From Sphaerodactylus townsendi (Eukaryota): 64,000 nt of DNA. The notes beneath the pieces are model-generated. The model ran no database searches. It saw only the letters and a program-made list of their open reading frames with translations, and was not told the origin of the DNA. This document shows, in pieces, positions 48,780-60,620 of this stretch (its first letter is position 1; each line of letters opens with the position of its first letter). The translations under genes and the position numbers were made by a program. The DNA lies in the NCBI RefSeq assembly GCF_021028975.2, contig NC_059433.1:67332001-67396000 (forward strand), written 5' to 3'.

Positions 48780-49480
48780 CAGCAACCCCGCTGCAAAGTC
48801 CACGTGGAAGTCAGCTGGTTGGCTCCGCCCCCAGGAACAGCCTGGCCCGCCCCGCCCCCCGTGCTGGCGTCTGATTGGATGAAAGCGTCACTCCGTTGCG
48901 GCCCCGACTTCAGGGATTTGCTGCCACAGTCCTGACGGGCAGCTGGATGCCGGCGTGTTTGTTCTTTGCGCCCGCGGGGTGCCCTTTAGGGCGGCGGAGG
49001 GGGCGAAGCAAACCCGACCGTCCCCCAATCCCTAGCTGCCTTAAATCCATTATGGGGCCGGGACTTTGGAGCGTAAGGACTAATGGAAACCCTGGAAAGA
49101 TCACGGTCCTGAAAGCAACAGTTCCCATAAGACTGCGGTCGCGCAATTAACGGGCTCCTCTGGGACTGCGCTCCACTCCTAGCCTACTTTGCAGGGTTGT
49201 TTGCGAGGACAAAAAGAAAACGGGAAACCTCGGGGCTCTTTTTCCCCTTCCTGCAATGCATTTCACCCCGGGATTTGCAAAGGCTCGACCGCGAGCGGCA
49301 AGAGGCTTCCCTGCGCCCGCTGCCCGGGAGAGCACGTGTGAACGCCGCACACGGATCGAGGAACGGGGCGGGGGAGCAAGCGAGCCGGCCGCAGCTTTTC
49401 CCGGGCTGTGAAGCCCGGCAGCCAATGGGAACGCGGGTCGGGCGGGAGAAGGCGGGGGTTCCGCTGCCCCGCCCTCCGGC
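48780..49480 (+). promoter_or_regulatory. TERT CpG-island promoter
   Basis: High CpG density; E-boxes CACGTG at 48801 and 49333; multiple GC boxes; CCAAT at 49422; ATTGG at 48874; no TATA box. Confidence 0.8.
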
Positions 49481-49705
49481 ATGGAGCAGTCTCGGCGGCC
49501 GCGGGCGCTGCTTCGGCTACTACGGAGCTGCTACGCGGAGGTGCTGCCCTTGGAAGCCGCCGTGCGGGGTCTGCAGGCGGGCGGCCCCGGGCCTTGGGAG
49601 CCGCTGGTGGGAGCCTCGGACCCCCCGAACTACCGCGACCTGGTGCACCGCTGCCTGGTGGGGCTGCCAGCCCAGGCGCCCCCTCCTCGCTTTGGTTTGC
49701 AGCAG
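49481..49705 (+). CDS. TERT: Telomerase reverse transcriptase, coding exon 1 (TEN domain)
   Basis: MEQSRRPRALLRLLRSCYAEVLPL...YRDLVHRCLVG...LQQ; donor CAG|GTACGG, phase 0. Confidence 0.92.
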
Positions 49706-49985
49706 GTACGGGGGAAGGGGGTGTCGCTCTTTGCCGGTGCTTTGCCCGACGGGCGGAGGGCAGTGTTGCAGAATGGTTAGAGCGCTGGAACGACCTGGGC
49801 GGCATCCATTGTGGTCAGCCTGGCTTCCCCTTTAAAGAGGAGCAAACGCTCGCAAACGACGAGAGCCTGCTTCTTCCTACCCAGGCTGGTTTCCCTTTCA
49901 GAGTTGTTGTGAGGATGAAATAGGGGAGATGGAGTTGCCAGCTCCAGGTCGGGATATACTTGGAGATGGGGAGGGGTGTGTGGTT

Positions 49986-50291
49986 AAGGAGCAGCAGTGG
50001 CATAGGAGGTTAAGAGCTCGTGTATCTAATCTGAAGGAACCGGGTTTGATTCCCAGATCTGCTGCCTGAGCTGTGGAGGCTTATCTGGGGAACTAGATTA
50101 GCTTGTGCACTCCAACACATGCCAGCTGGGTGACTTTGGGCTAGTCACAGTTCTTCTGAGCTCTCTCAGCCCCACCTACCTCACAGGGTGTTTGTTGTGA
50201 GGGGGGAAGGGAAAGGAGATTGTAAGCCCCTTTGAGTCTCCTGCAGGAGAGAAAGGGGGGATATAAATCCAAACTCTTCTTCTCTTCTTCT
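49986..50291 (+). mobile_element. tRNA-derived SINE (Squam3-like) in TERT intron 1
   Basis: Consensus match. Confidence 0.88.
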
Positions 50292-50765
50292 TAAGTAGGA
50301 GAGGGACTCCAGTGGGTTATAATTCTGCAGCGGCCACCTTCTAGCGTGGCCAGATTCTCCAGGGGACTACTGATCTCTCTTGCCTGGAGATAAGTTATAA
50401 TAACGGAAGATCGCCAGCCACCCCCTGGAGGTTGGCAACTTTAAGGGGAGATCTGCATGGGCTGTGCTGAGCACCCTTTGGACAAAGGACAAGAGAGCAA
50501 TCAAATAAATAAATAAAGTTTTAAATGAATGTTTTTTTATCCATAGCCAGTCTTAATCAGCAGCTAGCTCGGGTCTTTAAAATTTGATCAGCCACGGCAT
50601 ATATGTATTTTTGGTTGTTATTAGCCCCTGAGATCATTTGCCTGGAACGGACTTTGGCCATAGATAGTAAATGTACTTATATTTATTTTTTCCCGTCCTC
50701 TGAGGGCTAGAGCTTTGCTTTCAACTGGCTTGTTTGATCTTTTGTGTTTTATTGGGAAAATATTT

Positions 50766-51203
50766 TGTTCTTACAAGCAGAGCTTGATGATAAACGAGAC
50801 AGAGTCACTCACAGTTGCTTTAAAAAGATAACAACTTGACTAGCTATGATAATAGGAAAAAGGTTACAAAAAGATATATTCTTTCTATCAGTTACAACCT
50901 GCTAGCTGGTGAAAAAGGAGACTACAATCTGCACGTGCTCCTCTTATGTGTGCCTAGAGCAAAGGCAACAGGTTAGCTTTATAACATTTGGTCATAGGTT
51001 CTAGACGACTTGCTAGCTATGTCTGACTAAACGGACCAATGGCTAACCCATTGACCGTCTCGGAAAAGCAGCGACCTCAGTATGTATTTAGCATACAGAC
51101 AGTCAGCTCTTTCCTGACTCAATTGGATGACAAACTTGCCAAATTTCACTGTCGGCTGCCTCAAGCAAGTTCTGGAAGAGGCAGCGTGGCAGTTATCGAA
51201 ACA
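50766..51203 (-). mobile_element. Probable solo LTR in TERT intron 1
   Basis: TG...CA with imperfect 5-bp TSD TATTT/CATTT; shares ATTTGGCAAGT and TAAAGCAACTG motifs with 18776-19165. Confidence 0.45.
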
Positions 51204-51465
51204 CATTTTGAAGGCAGAGGAAAAGGGAGGTCTTCACGTAATTATTACCCCACCCCTCTCCAGTAACTGGAGCTGGGAGCTGCTGCTTGTGTGGTTGATG
51301 GTGTGTGGTTCCCCCCTCCCCCAGAACTGGGGTGCTGTGTGGTTTCTGGGCTGTATGGCCGTTTTCTAGTAGCATTTTGCCTGCATCTGTGGCTGGCATC
51401 TTAGGAGGATAAGGGGAGATCTGCATGCACTTTTCTCAACATCCTTTGGAAGAGGGGCAGGACAG

Positions 51466-51878
51466 AATTTTTTCTCTCTTTCTCACAATACTAGAACCAG
51501 GGGGCATTCATTGAAAATGCTGGGGGGAAGAATTAGGACTAATCAAAGGAAACACTTCTTCATGCAACGTGTGATTGGTGTTTGGAATATGCTGCCGCAG
51601 GAGGTGGTGATGGCCACTAACCTGGATAGCTTGAAAAGGGGCTTGGGCAGATTGATGGAGGAGAAGTCGATTTATGGCTACCAATCTTGATCCTCCTTGA
51701 TCTGAGATTGCAAATGCCTTAACAGTCCAGGTGCTCGGGAGCAACAGCAGCAGAAGGCCATTGCTTTCACCTCCTGCACGTGAGCTCCCAAAGGCACCTG
51801 GTGGGCCACTGCGAGTAGCAGAGAGCTGGACTAGATGGACTCAGGTCTGATCCAGCTGGCTTGTTCTTATGTTCTTAT
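51466..51878 (+). mobile_element. CR1 3' fragment in TERT intron 1
   Basis: CR1 tail; GACAG duplication at the flanks; empty site in the local duplicate at ~50490. Confidence 0.9.
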
Positions 51879-52809
51879 GACAGCAATCAAATAAATAAAA
51901 ATGGTTTTAAATGAATGCTTTTATTCATGGCCAGTCTTAATGCGCAACTAGCTCAGGTCTTTAAAATTTTGTTAGCCACTGTGCTTATTTGACTGGAACA
52001 GCCTTCGGCCCTAGACAATAAACGTACCTGTATTTATTTTTTCCCCAGTCCTCTGAGGGCTAGAACTTTGCTTTCAATTCACTTGTTTGATCCTCTGAAG
52101 ATGCCAGCCACAGATGCAAGCGAAACGTCAGGAGAGAATGCTGCTAGAACACGGCCATACAGCCCGGAAACCAGACAGCACCCCAGTGATTCCGGCCATG
52201 GACAATATTTTGCAGAACTGTCAGGGACGGCACCTGGATGATTGAAGTGCATTATTAACCTTGAGTTAAGGCCATATAAAATGGAGATGGTGATTGTATC
52301 TAGTTCAGTCATGGTGAACCTCTGGCATGGGTGCCAGAGGTGGCATTCGGAGCCCTCTCTGTGGGCACGCGCACACAGAGTTCATCGTGTGGGGGTGGAA
52401 AATCACACACACACATATCTAGGCTGGCCTGGGCCACTGAGCACAACGTGCGTGCACCGTGGTGACCAGGGAGGACTCGACTGGCGGACCTGGTGCCTGT
52501 GCTCCAGGTGGCTGCTGCCCGAGGGGTGGGGGCGCAGAGGAGGCAGAGATGCCAGAGAGGCATGGAGCGGTGTGCACGGGGCTTGCTGGAGGCTAGAGCA
52601 GGCTGGCCCCATCTCGAGTGCGGGGGAGGGGGGCGCGGAGGAAGAGGGAGAGTGGATTATTTTGTCAGATTCGTATTTCTGTTTGCGTTACCGCTGGTTG
52701 TCAGATTGGTATTTCTCTTTTTATTAGCTGTTATGCATACTCTTTTCTTACCCTGCTGAAGGACTGATTTGAATTTGGGTCGATATCATTCTTTCTTTTT
52801 TGCTTACAG

Positions 52810-54613
52810 CTTGTGGGTCTCCGCGATGTCGTCGAAAGGGTCATTCACAGGGCCTGTGAGAAGCAGAAGAAGAACGTCCTGGCTTTTGGCTACTCTCTGT
52901 TGGAGGAGAACAAACCCCCTTTGCCTGGCTTGCCCAATATTTGTAGCTTTCATCCGAACAACATGACAGAAGCCATTTGCCAGAGCGTTCTCTGGGAAAT
53001 GGTGCTTACCAGGGTTGGGGACGAGCTCATGATGTACCTGTTGGAGCACTGTGCACTGTTCATGCTGGTTCCTCCTAGTTGCTGCTACCAGATCTGCGGG
53101 CAACCTATCTACGAGCTCACTGGGGGGACCACAGCAGCCTCTCCTGCATTCCTTAGGCAGATGTACTCAGTGCCATCCCATAATGCTTTATCTCGGTACC
53201 TGCAAGGAAGGCTTCCGTCTTGGAAGCATTACCTAGGAAAGGCAAAATGGCGGAAGCGGAAATCTGAAATACAAGGACGGGGCCCACAAAAAGCTTTAGA
53301 CGGTCGTTCTTTGTATTCTTCTGTGGCGGGCCGGAACCCTACAAATAGCGAGTCAGTTACAAAGATCAGTGACTATCCGTTGAGCCAGCGAAGACCCGGT
53401 TGGCATTGCAGTGCGGTAGCGTTCGTAAAAAGGAAACGGGAGAATTCCCACGAAATTAACAGAAAGAGACTGAAAATCAGGCCAGCGGACAAAGGGTTCG
53501 GAAAGCAAACACCTATCTCAGCGCACAATGTTCAGTTCATTGGAGATAATGGGAGTGAGGAACCTGGAGTGAGTGTAAGGTCATGTTTGGCAGATACGGT
53601 AACGCCCATGAAGGACGTTCAGGAACGTGAATCTGGAGCACAAACCTCTGGCACGCCTTCCGTGGCTCTGGGAAATCACAAACTAGTTTGTGGTAAGGCC
53701 CTAAAGGTAGATAGGGAAAAGGAAACACTTCAAAACACCAAACTTGACACACAGATAGGAAGAGGTGTTCTTAGATCTTCTCCTGGGCAGAAAGTAACTG
53801 CAAATAATCTTACTGTGGATAAACTCCTTAAAAAGAACGTTTGTCGTTCAGCTGGCGAAACATGCCTGCCGGGAGAACTCAAGATGTGCGATCTCTTGTA
53901 TTCCAGTCGGCCGCGGGAAGAGCATTTCCCTGAATGGTTTGTACTGAATCGCTTAAAGGGGTATCAGTCAGGAGGACAAAAGCTTGTGGAAACTATCTTC
54001 TTGAGCAACGAGGTGCTTCAGCGGCCTGTCGATCCCTGTCCCCCAAATCACCGTTGGAGGAAGAAGAGACTTCCGAAGCGTTACTGGAACATGAGGGGCC
54101 TGTTCCAAGAACTGCTGAGGAACCACGCCAAGTGTCCTTATCTAGCGGTGTTACAAAGGAATTGTCCGGTTTTGGGGGCAGGCAAAATTGGTCTAAGGAA
54201 ACAGGGCGAGAGCTTATCAAGGTCCCGGCAGGCTGGCACTGAAAATTTGCTCAGAGGCACATCGAGTGGTTTGTGTCCGTTTCCAGAACCATCCGGTAGT
54301 TTGAGCCGAATTGGTGAACCCGTTGAGTTGAGTGAAGAAGAACGTGAGGGGTCAACTCCTGGGGACTCCTCCAGGGCCAATTTCCTGGAGCTCTTGAAGC
54401 AAAACTGCAGCCATTGGCAAGTGTATACCTTCCTGAGGGAGTGTCTCGAAAGAGTGGTCCCTGCAGCCCTTTGGGGTTCCAGCCACAACAAATGTCGCTT
54501 CTACAAGAATGTCAAAAAGCTCCTCTCCCTGGGGAAGCTGGCCGCTTTTTCTCTGCGCGAATTGACGTGGAAAATGAGGGTGAACGATTGTGCTTGGCTT
54601 CGTCTGACCAGAG
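52810..54613 (+). CDS. TERT: TERT coding exon 2 (GQ, long linker, CP, QFP)
   Basis: TACAG| acceptor; KNVLAFG, VGDELMMYLL...CCYQICG, KRYW, CPY, WQVYTFLR...LWGSSHN...RF, WKMRVNDCAWL; donor G|GTATGG, phase 1. Confidence 0.97.
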
Positions 54614-54905
54614 GTATGGAGGGGGGTGTCTCCTAAGGGAATGAATTGTTGATTTCCATCAAGCAATTTAAAGGGCAGCGTTCGTACAGAAAGTGGTGCG
54701 TAGGTTGTATGAACTTGAGCAGGCAAAATCTAACCCAATAGAGATGAATGATGAGCTGAATCTGGTTGTTTGGATGTAATCCCGGGATCGTGGTCCAAGG
54801 GAAAAGAGGCCATATATGAATCCTCTGATCAACCTAGAATTTTTTTTCCAAAAAAAAAGTAATAAGATCTTTTTTGAGATCAGAATAAAAAGGAATGTAA
54901 TAGGA

Positions 54906-55036
54906 CAGTGGTGGCGAACCTTTGGCACTGCAGATGTTATGGACTACAATTCCCATCAGCCCAATTGGCCATGCTGGCAGGGGCTGATGGGAATTGTAGT
55001 CCATAACATCTGCAGTGCCAAAGGTTCGCCACCACG
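54906..55036. mobile_element. hAT hairpin MITE; its right part is included in a ~267 bp tandem duplication (54961-55200 / 55228-55470)
   Basis: CAGTGGTGGCGAACCT...AGGTTCGCCACCACGG; TAATAGGA at both flanks. Confidence 0.8.
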
Positions 55037-56753
55037 GTAATAGGACATGCCTGGTAGTTTCAACATTACAAGAACAAACGTGTTCTTGAAGCAGAACTCC
55101 ACAGTATTTCCCCCACAATGAGCAGGAGGTAGGACAGAATGGCCCAGAGTAAAATCTGAAGTGATTACATTAATGGCCCTCGAAATAGTGGTTCATAGAA
55201 TCATAGCATTGGAAAAGACCTCAAGGGCCAATTGGCCATGCTGGCAGGGGCTGATGGGAATTGTAGTCCATAACATCTGGAGTGCCAAAGGTTCGCCACC
55301 ACGGTAATAGGACATGCCTGGTAGTTTCAACATTACAAGAACAAACGTGTTCTTGAACCGGAACTCCACAGTATCTCCCCTACAATGAGCAGGAGGTAGG
55401 GCAGAATGGCCCAGAGTAAAATTTGAAGGGATTACATCAATGACCCTCAAAATAGTGATTCATGGAATCTTAGCATTGGAAAAGACCCCAAGGGCCATCA
55501 AGTCCAACCCCCTGCAATGTGGGAATACACAATCAAAGCACTAGTGAATTAAGAAGTTGGTCTAACCCAGGTGTCCCCATCCTTTGGACACATTTGGAAT
55601 TCTGACATGGCACTGTGCACACAGCAACAAAATGGCTGCCACAAAATGGCTGCCGCAGGAGGCAGAGTCAGCCACAATATGATTGGTGCAGCTTAACTTC
55701 AGTTGACACAGCGCCGATCCTTGTGCTGCGGTGACAGCTGCAGCCTAAACAATTTTTTTAAAAAAATCTGCACAGCAAGATACCTGGCCCCACCTGCTTC
55801 CTTAAAAACACAAAGACAGGTGTCAGGAAGCACAACAACTGAGACCCGTCGTCTGGCCAACAGCAGGATTTTGATTATCTCTTGTTTATTTATATCCTGC
55901 CCTTCCCAACAGGGCTCAGGGCGGCGAACATCAATATAACCAGATAAAAACAATACTATAAAACAATGTATATGAACGTTCATACCAATTGAAACTTACA
56001 TCAGTAAATCAATAAATAAGCAGATGGCGTTAAAACCGCATAAAAGACACCCATGGGAGGTTATGATGTTCCAGTCAGGCCAGCTGGCAAGATCTAAAAG
56101 CCTGGCGGAGGAGCTTGGTCTTACGGGTGCTCAGACCAGGTGCTCAGGAGCAGCAGCAGCAGAAGGTCATTGCTTTCACCTCCTGCACGTGAGCTCCCAA
56201 AGGCACCTGGTGGGCCACTGCGAGTAGCAGAGTGCTGGACTAGATGGACTCTGCTCTGATCCAGCAGGCTAGTTCTTATGTACAGGCCCTGCGGAACTCA
56301 CCGATGTCCCGCAGGGCCCTAATCTCGGTTGGGAGCTCATTCCACCAGGTTATCAGGCATGTGTGTAAGCCTTGCAGTTGTTTTTTTTTTGCCTTCAAAT
56401 GCATTGTTAGCCTGTGTGTCCACTGGGTTGGGGGCAATGGGCTGGTGGTATCATGGCCGAGGACTGGAACCTACTCCCCGCCCCCAACTATCCCCCCGCC
56501 GCATCTTCCTGTAAAAGTTCCTACTCTTCCAGGCTAAAGGGCTGAGGCACTCCTGCTATCGTGTGGGAGAGCTCTGCCTCTTTGTTAGCTGAGATGCCTC
56601 AAAGACCTCCCTTGCAGCTTTCCCTTGTGCAGATATGGGGCCCTGTAGGATTGTTTCATATTGATGTCATAATAATAATTACTCTTGAGAAGATCACGAG
56701 TACAGAAATCTGGTCTCCAGCGCTTGCTCTCTGCTCCTGTATCCTTTTCGTAG

Positions 56754-56952
56754 AGAGCGGCCACTCCGTTCCTGCCTCGGAACACTGTTTTCGTACAGCT
56801 CTGCTCTCCAAGTTCTTGTGCTGGCTGATGGACTCCTATGTGGCAGAACTCCTCCGGTCTTTCTTCTACATCACCGAGACCATGTTTCAAAAAAACTTGC
56901 TCTTTTTCTTCAGAAAGGCTGTCTGGAGCAAGCTGCAGAGCGCCGGAGTCAG
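56754..56952 (+). CDS. TERT: TERT coding exon 3 (T motif)
   Basis: LLRSFFYITETMFQKNLLFFFRKAVWSKLQ; TAG| acceptor phase 1, AG|GT donor phase 2. Confidence 0.97.
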
Positions 56953-57458
56953 GTATTTTGCAACGAGAAGGTTATCTTGTGCTTGCCCTACCCTGTTAGT
57001 ATTCTAAAGGGTTTTTTAACAACATGACTGTAAAGTGCTATCAAGTGACAGCTAGCTATGGCAACCTGTAGCGTTTTGAGAGCAAGAGACATTTGGAAGT
57101 GGTTTGCCATTGCTTGCCTGCACGTGGGCTGATAGAGTCAATGCTTGACTCTCGTAACCCTTTCTTAAGTGTTCAGGGTAATGCCAATCACCACTTTGGG
57201 GTCAGGAAGGTATTTTATTCCAGGGCAGGTTGGCCAAGGATCTTGAAGATTTTTTGCCTTCCTGTGGACACAGAGCAGGGGTCACTGAGGTGTATGTAGA
57301 GGGAGGTAGTTATGGATTTCCTACATTGTGCAGGGGGTTGGACTAGATGATCCTTGGGGGCCCCTTCCAACTCTATGATTTTGTGATTCTCTCATGGTTG
57401 CCGAGATGGGCTTAAGAATGGCATTGCTGTTTGGGAAATTGACATTCGTTTCTTCTAG

Positions 57459-57648
57459 GAGCCATCTTGCGGCAGTGCACCTTCGCCCCTTGTCGAAGGA
57501 GGAGCTCAGAATCCTGCAGCAGAGAAAGCACATCCCTTTGGCGGCAAGGCTCCGCTTCATCCCCAAAATGAATGGGCTGCGGCCAGTAGTGAAACTAAGT
57601 AGTGTGGTGGGAGAAGGAAAGTTCTGCAGGAAGAGCAGAGATAAAAAG
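57459..57648 (+). CDS. TERT: TERT coding exon 4 (RT motifs 1 and 2)
   Basis: ARLRFIPKMNGLRPVV; phases 2 to 0. Confidence 0.96.
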
Positions 57649-58369
57649 GTAGCTCTCTTGTCAGTCTGTTCACTGAGCCCAAAAAGAGGAGGGGACAGCC
57701 TATTAAATCTAACGAATAATAATAATACCATGATTTGAAAACTGAGATACAGTGACTATGGTACAAACCAGCTGAGGTTGTCCCAGTGATAATCGACCCC
57801 CTGGGCGCCATTCTGAAAACACTAAGGTGACACTTAAAACATCTTCAAATCCCCCAAATCAACATCTGTCACATTCAGATGTTGGGATTCACACGAATAC
57901 AACGCCAGTACATTACAACTTCCCTGGGCCCCCTCCGCACACGCAAAATGCATTTTCAAACCACTTTCACAACTGTTTGCAAGTGGATTTTGCTATTCCG
58001 CACAGCTTCAAAGAGCACTGAAGGCAGTTTGAAAGTGCATTATTCTGCATGTGCGGAATGAGCCCAGGATTCTGGGTGAGGCTCAAATTGTAACGAAAGG
58101 CCAACAACCTGCTATGGAACGGACAGCTGTGATATTAAACAAAATTAAATAATAATTTCTGGGCAGGTGCCTGTGCCTTTAACCAAAACTTTTTGTGTGG
58201 TGATGCCGCAAATCTATTCCTTTCTGAGTTGGGCTGTGTTCATTTATTTGAGTTAGCCTTTTATCACGACACCGGCATATAAAGTTCTAAACACGTGTCT
58301 CTTGTAGTTGCAGGCCTTTAACGAATGTGGTTTGCTGTGTAAACTTGTTTTTAAATTATGTTTCTTCAG

Positions 58370-58552
58370 GTTCAGTATTTCAACACTCAACTGAAGAAAT
58401 TATTCAGCGTGCTTAATTACGAACGAGTGAGGAATCCTAGCCTGCTTGGCTCTTCTGCCTTTGGGAGAGATGATATCTATGCCGTGTGGAAGAAGTTTGT
58501 TCTGAAAGTTCTGGGATCAAATGCCCCAATGCCTGCGTTCTATTTTGTCAAG
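58370..58552 (+). CDS. TERT: TERT coding exon 5 (motif 3)
   Basis: LFSVLNYER...LLGSS...DDIY..W..FV...YFVK; 183 nt, phase 0-0. Confidence 0.96.
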
Positions 58553-59106
58553 GTACTCTTCCCTTACATTTTTCTCCTCGGCCTTCTTCTGAGGCAGCCG
58601 GCAGTAACTCCTTTCCCGATAGACCCCCTCAAAGAGCTTTACGCTTGGAAAGGAACAACTTACTGGTTGTCTGTTGCTGAAAAAGTGTTTGGCTCTCAGC
58701 CCTAGCTTGACTGTCTCAGCTCTGGCTCCAGCTTGGTGGAACTCTGTCAAAGGAGGCCTGGGCCGTATGTGACCAGGCTCAGTCTCTCTGGGACTATGGT
58801 GGAGGACAACGACAGTCCCTCTCTAGCTAGCCTCCCGCCCCCGTCCCTTCTCTAGCCTGGTGTAGTGGTTAAGAGTGGCAGATTCTTATTTGGTGAACCA
58901 GGTTTGATTCCCCACTCCTCTACATGAAGCCTGCTGGGTGACCTTTGGCCAGTCACAGTTCTCTCAGAACTCTCTCAGCCACACCTACCTCTCAGGGTGT
59001 CTGTTGTGGAGAGAGGAAGGGAAAATGAGTTTGTGAGCTGCCTTCAGTTTCCTTACAGGAGAAAAAGGTGGGGCGTAAGTCCAAAACTCTTCTTCTTCTT
59101 CTAGAA

Positions 59107-59293
59107 CAGTGGTTCTCAACCTTCCTAATGCCGTGACCCCTTAATACAGTTCCTCATGTTGTGGTGATCCCCAACCCTAACATTTATCCATTTTACAGAT
59201 GGAGAACACTGATGCAGAGAGTCTTAGGCGACCCCTGTGAAAGGGTCGTTCGACCCCCAAAGGGGTCGTGACCCCCCAGGTTGAGAACCAGTG
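59107..59293 (-). mobile_element. SPIN (Space Invader, hAT) MITE, URR1-like
   Basis: TIR CAGTGGTTCTCAACCT; GTCTTAGGCGACCCCTGTGAAAGGGTCGTTCGACCCCCAAAGGGGTC subterminal sequence; 8-bp TSD TTCTAGAA. Confidence 0.88.
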
Positions 59294-60277
59294 TTCTAGA
59301 ACTCTTCTTTTTTTAATATGGGGATCATTCAGTTTTTTTACATTTCAGATTTTTCCCCAAACTTGTAGGGGGGCAAGTTTGGAAATCTCCCTTTCTCCAT
59401 CCCTCTATCCCATCTCTCCATCCCTCCATCTCTCTATCCCTCCCTCATCCCTTCCTCTTTCCCTCTATCCCTCCTTCCTCCATCCATCCATCCATCCATC
59501 CATCCTCTAATCTATCATCTATCTAATCTATCATCTAATCTATCTATATTTAATACGGCCCTGATCCCTGGATAAAATGGAGGAGCTTGTTGGGGAGCAA
59601 AAGCATGGTATCATCCTGCAGAAAAATGTCTCAAGTGTGCCTCCCTCGTCTGTGGATATCTAAATCCATGAATTTTATTATATTTTGTAGACCACCTTGA
59701 GTGTAACTATAGAAAGGTGCGGGAGGGTATAAATACTTTAAATAAAAATAATAAATACAGTCAGTAAATATTTGGGCTGCCTTCTGATAAGTAGCTGTGA
59801 GTTTTTCAAAATGGGATGGAGTGTTGCGACACTTGAAGTTTTCATGCTAGTCCCAGCTTTTTTAAAAAAATTATTTATTATTTAAATTTATAGACCGCCC
59901 AATCCCCGAGGGGCTCTGGGCGGTGCACAACACTATCTATATACAATATATAACAAGGGTCACAATAGTGACCATATATACTAAAATCCATTAAAAACCA
60001 TTAAAACCATGTAAACAGCGGTCAAAAACAGTAACAATAATAATGACGTCCCGTAACCCAGTTCCTTTAAAACCACCCCAAAAAGAAGGGAGCAACCAAA
60101 CTCCTCCCTAAAAATAACAATAAATATGCAAGAACAAATTATAAAAAATAGGGAGCAAGAGAGCCAAGGAGCAAAGCAAAGAAGGGAGGGCGAGGGGGGG
60201 GGGCTCACCTCAGCAACTGGACACTCCAAAGGCCCGGCGGAACAACTCAGTCTTACAGGCATTTTGTGGGCTAGATC

Positions 60278-60413
60278 CAGTGGTGGGATTCAAATGATTT
60301 AACAACCGGTTCCGGTGGTGGGATTCAAATAATTTAACAACTGGTAGTTTACAAGCATCGTTTTAACAACCGGTTCTGCCGAAGTGGTGCGAACCGGCCG
60401 AATCCCACCACTG
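60278..60413. mobile_element. hAT MITE
   Basis: TIR CAGTGGTGGGATTC / GAATCCCACCACTG; 8-bp TSD GCTAGATC. Confidence 0.9.
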
Positions 60414-60458
60414 GCTAGATCCCAGTAAAGAATAACGTGTTTCTTCCCTCTCCCACAG

Positions 60459-60620
60459 GCTGATGTCCATAGGGCTTATGATACCATCCCCCAAAATAAG
60501 CTGGAGGAAGTGATCTCAAAGATCCTCAGTCCCGATGGCAAGACCAGCTACTGTATCCAACGTTACGCGGTGATCACAAGGACCAGGAACGGGCAGATCA
60601 AGAAATACTATCGCAGACAC
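60459..60620 (+). CDS. TERT: TERT coding exon 6 (motif A)
   Basis: ADVHRAYDTIPQNKL...YCIQRYAVI; catalytic Asp retained; 162 nt, phase 0-0. Confidence 0.96.

Noticed and set aside
48780-49480. Telomerase RNA (TERC) gene next to TERT
   Set aside because: No CTAACCCT template on either strand and no recognisable CR4/5 or H/ACA elements
52813-54636. 607-aa standalone ORF
   Set aside because: It is TERT exon 2 read through the donor at 54614 into intron 2
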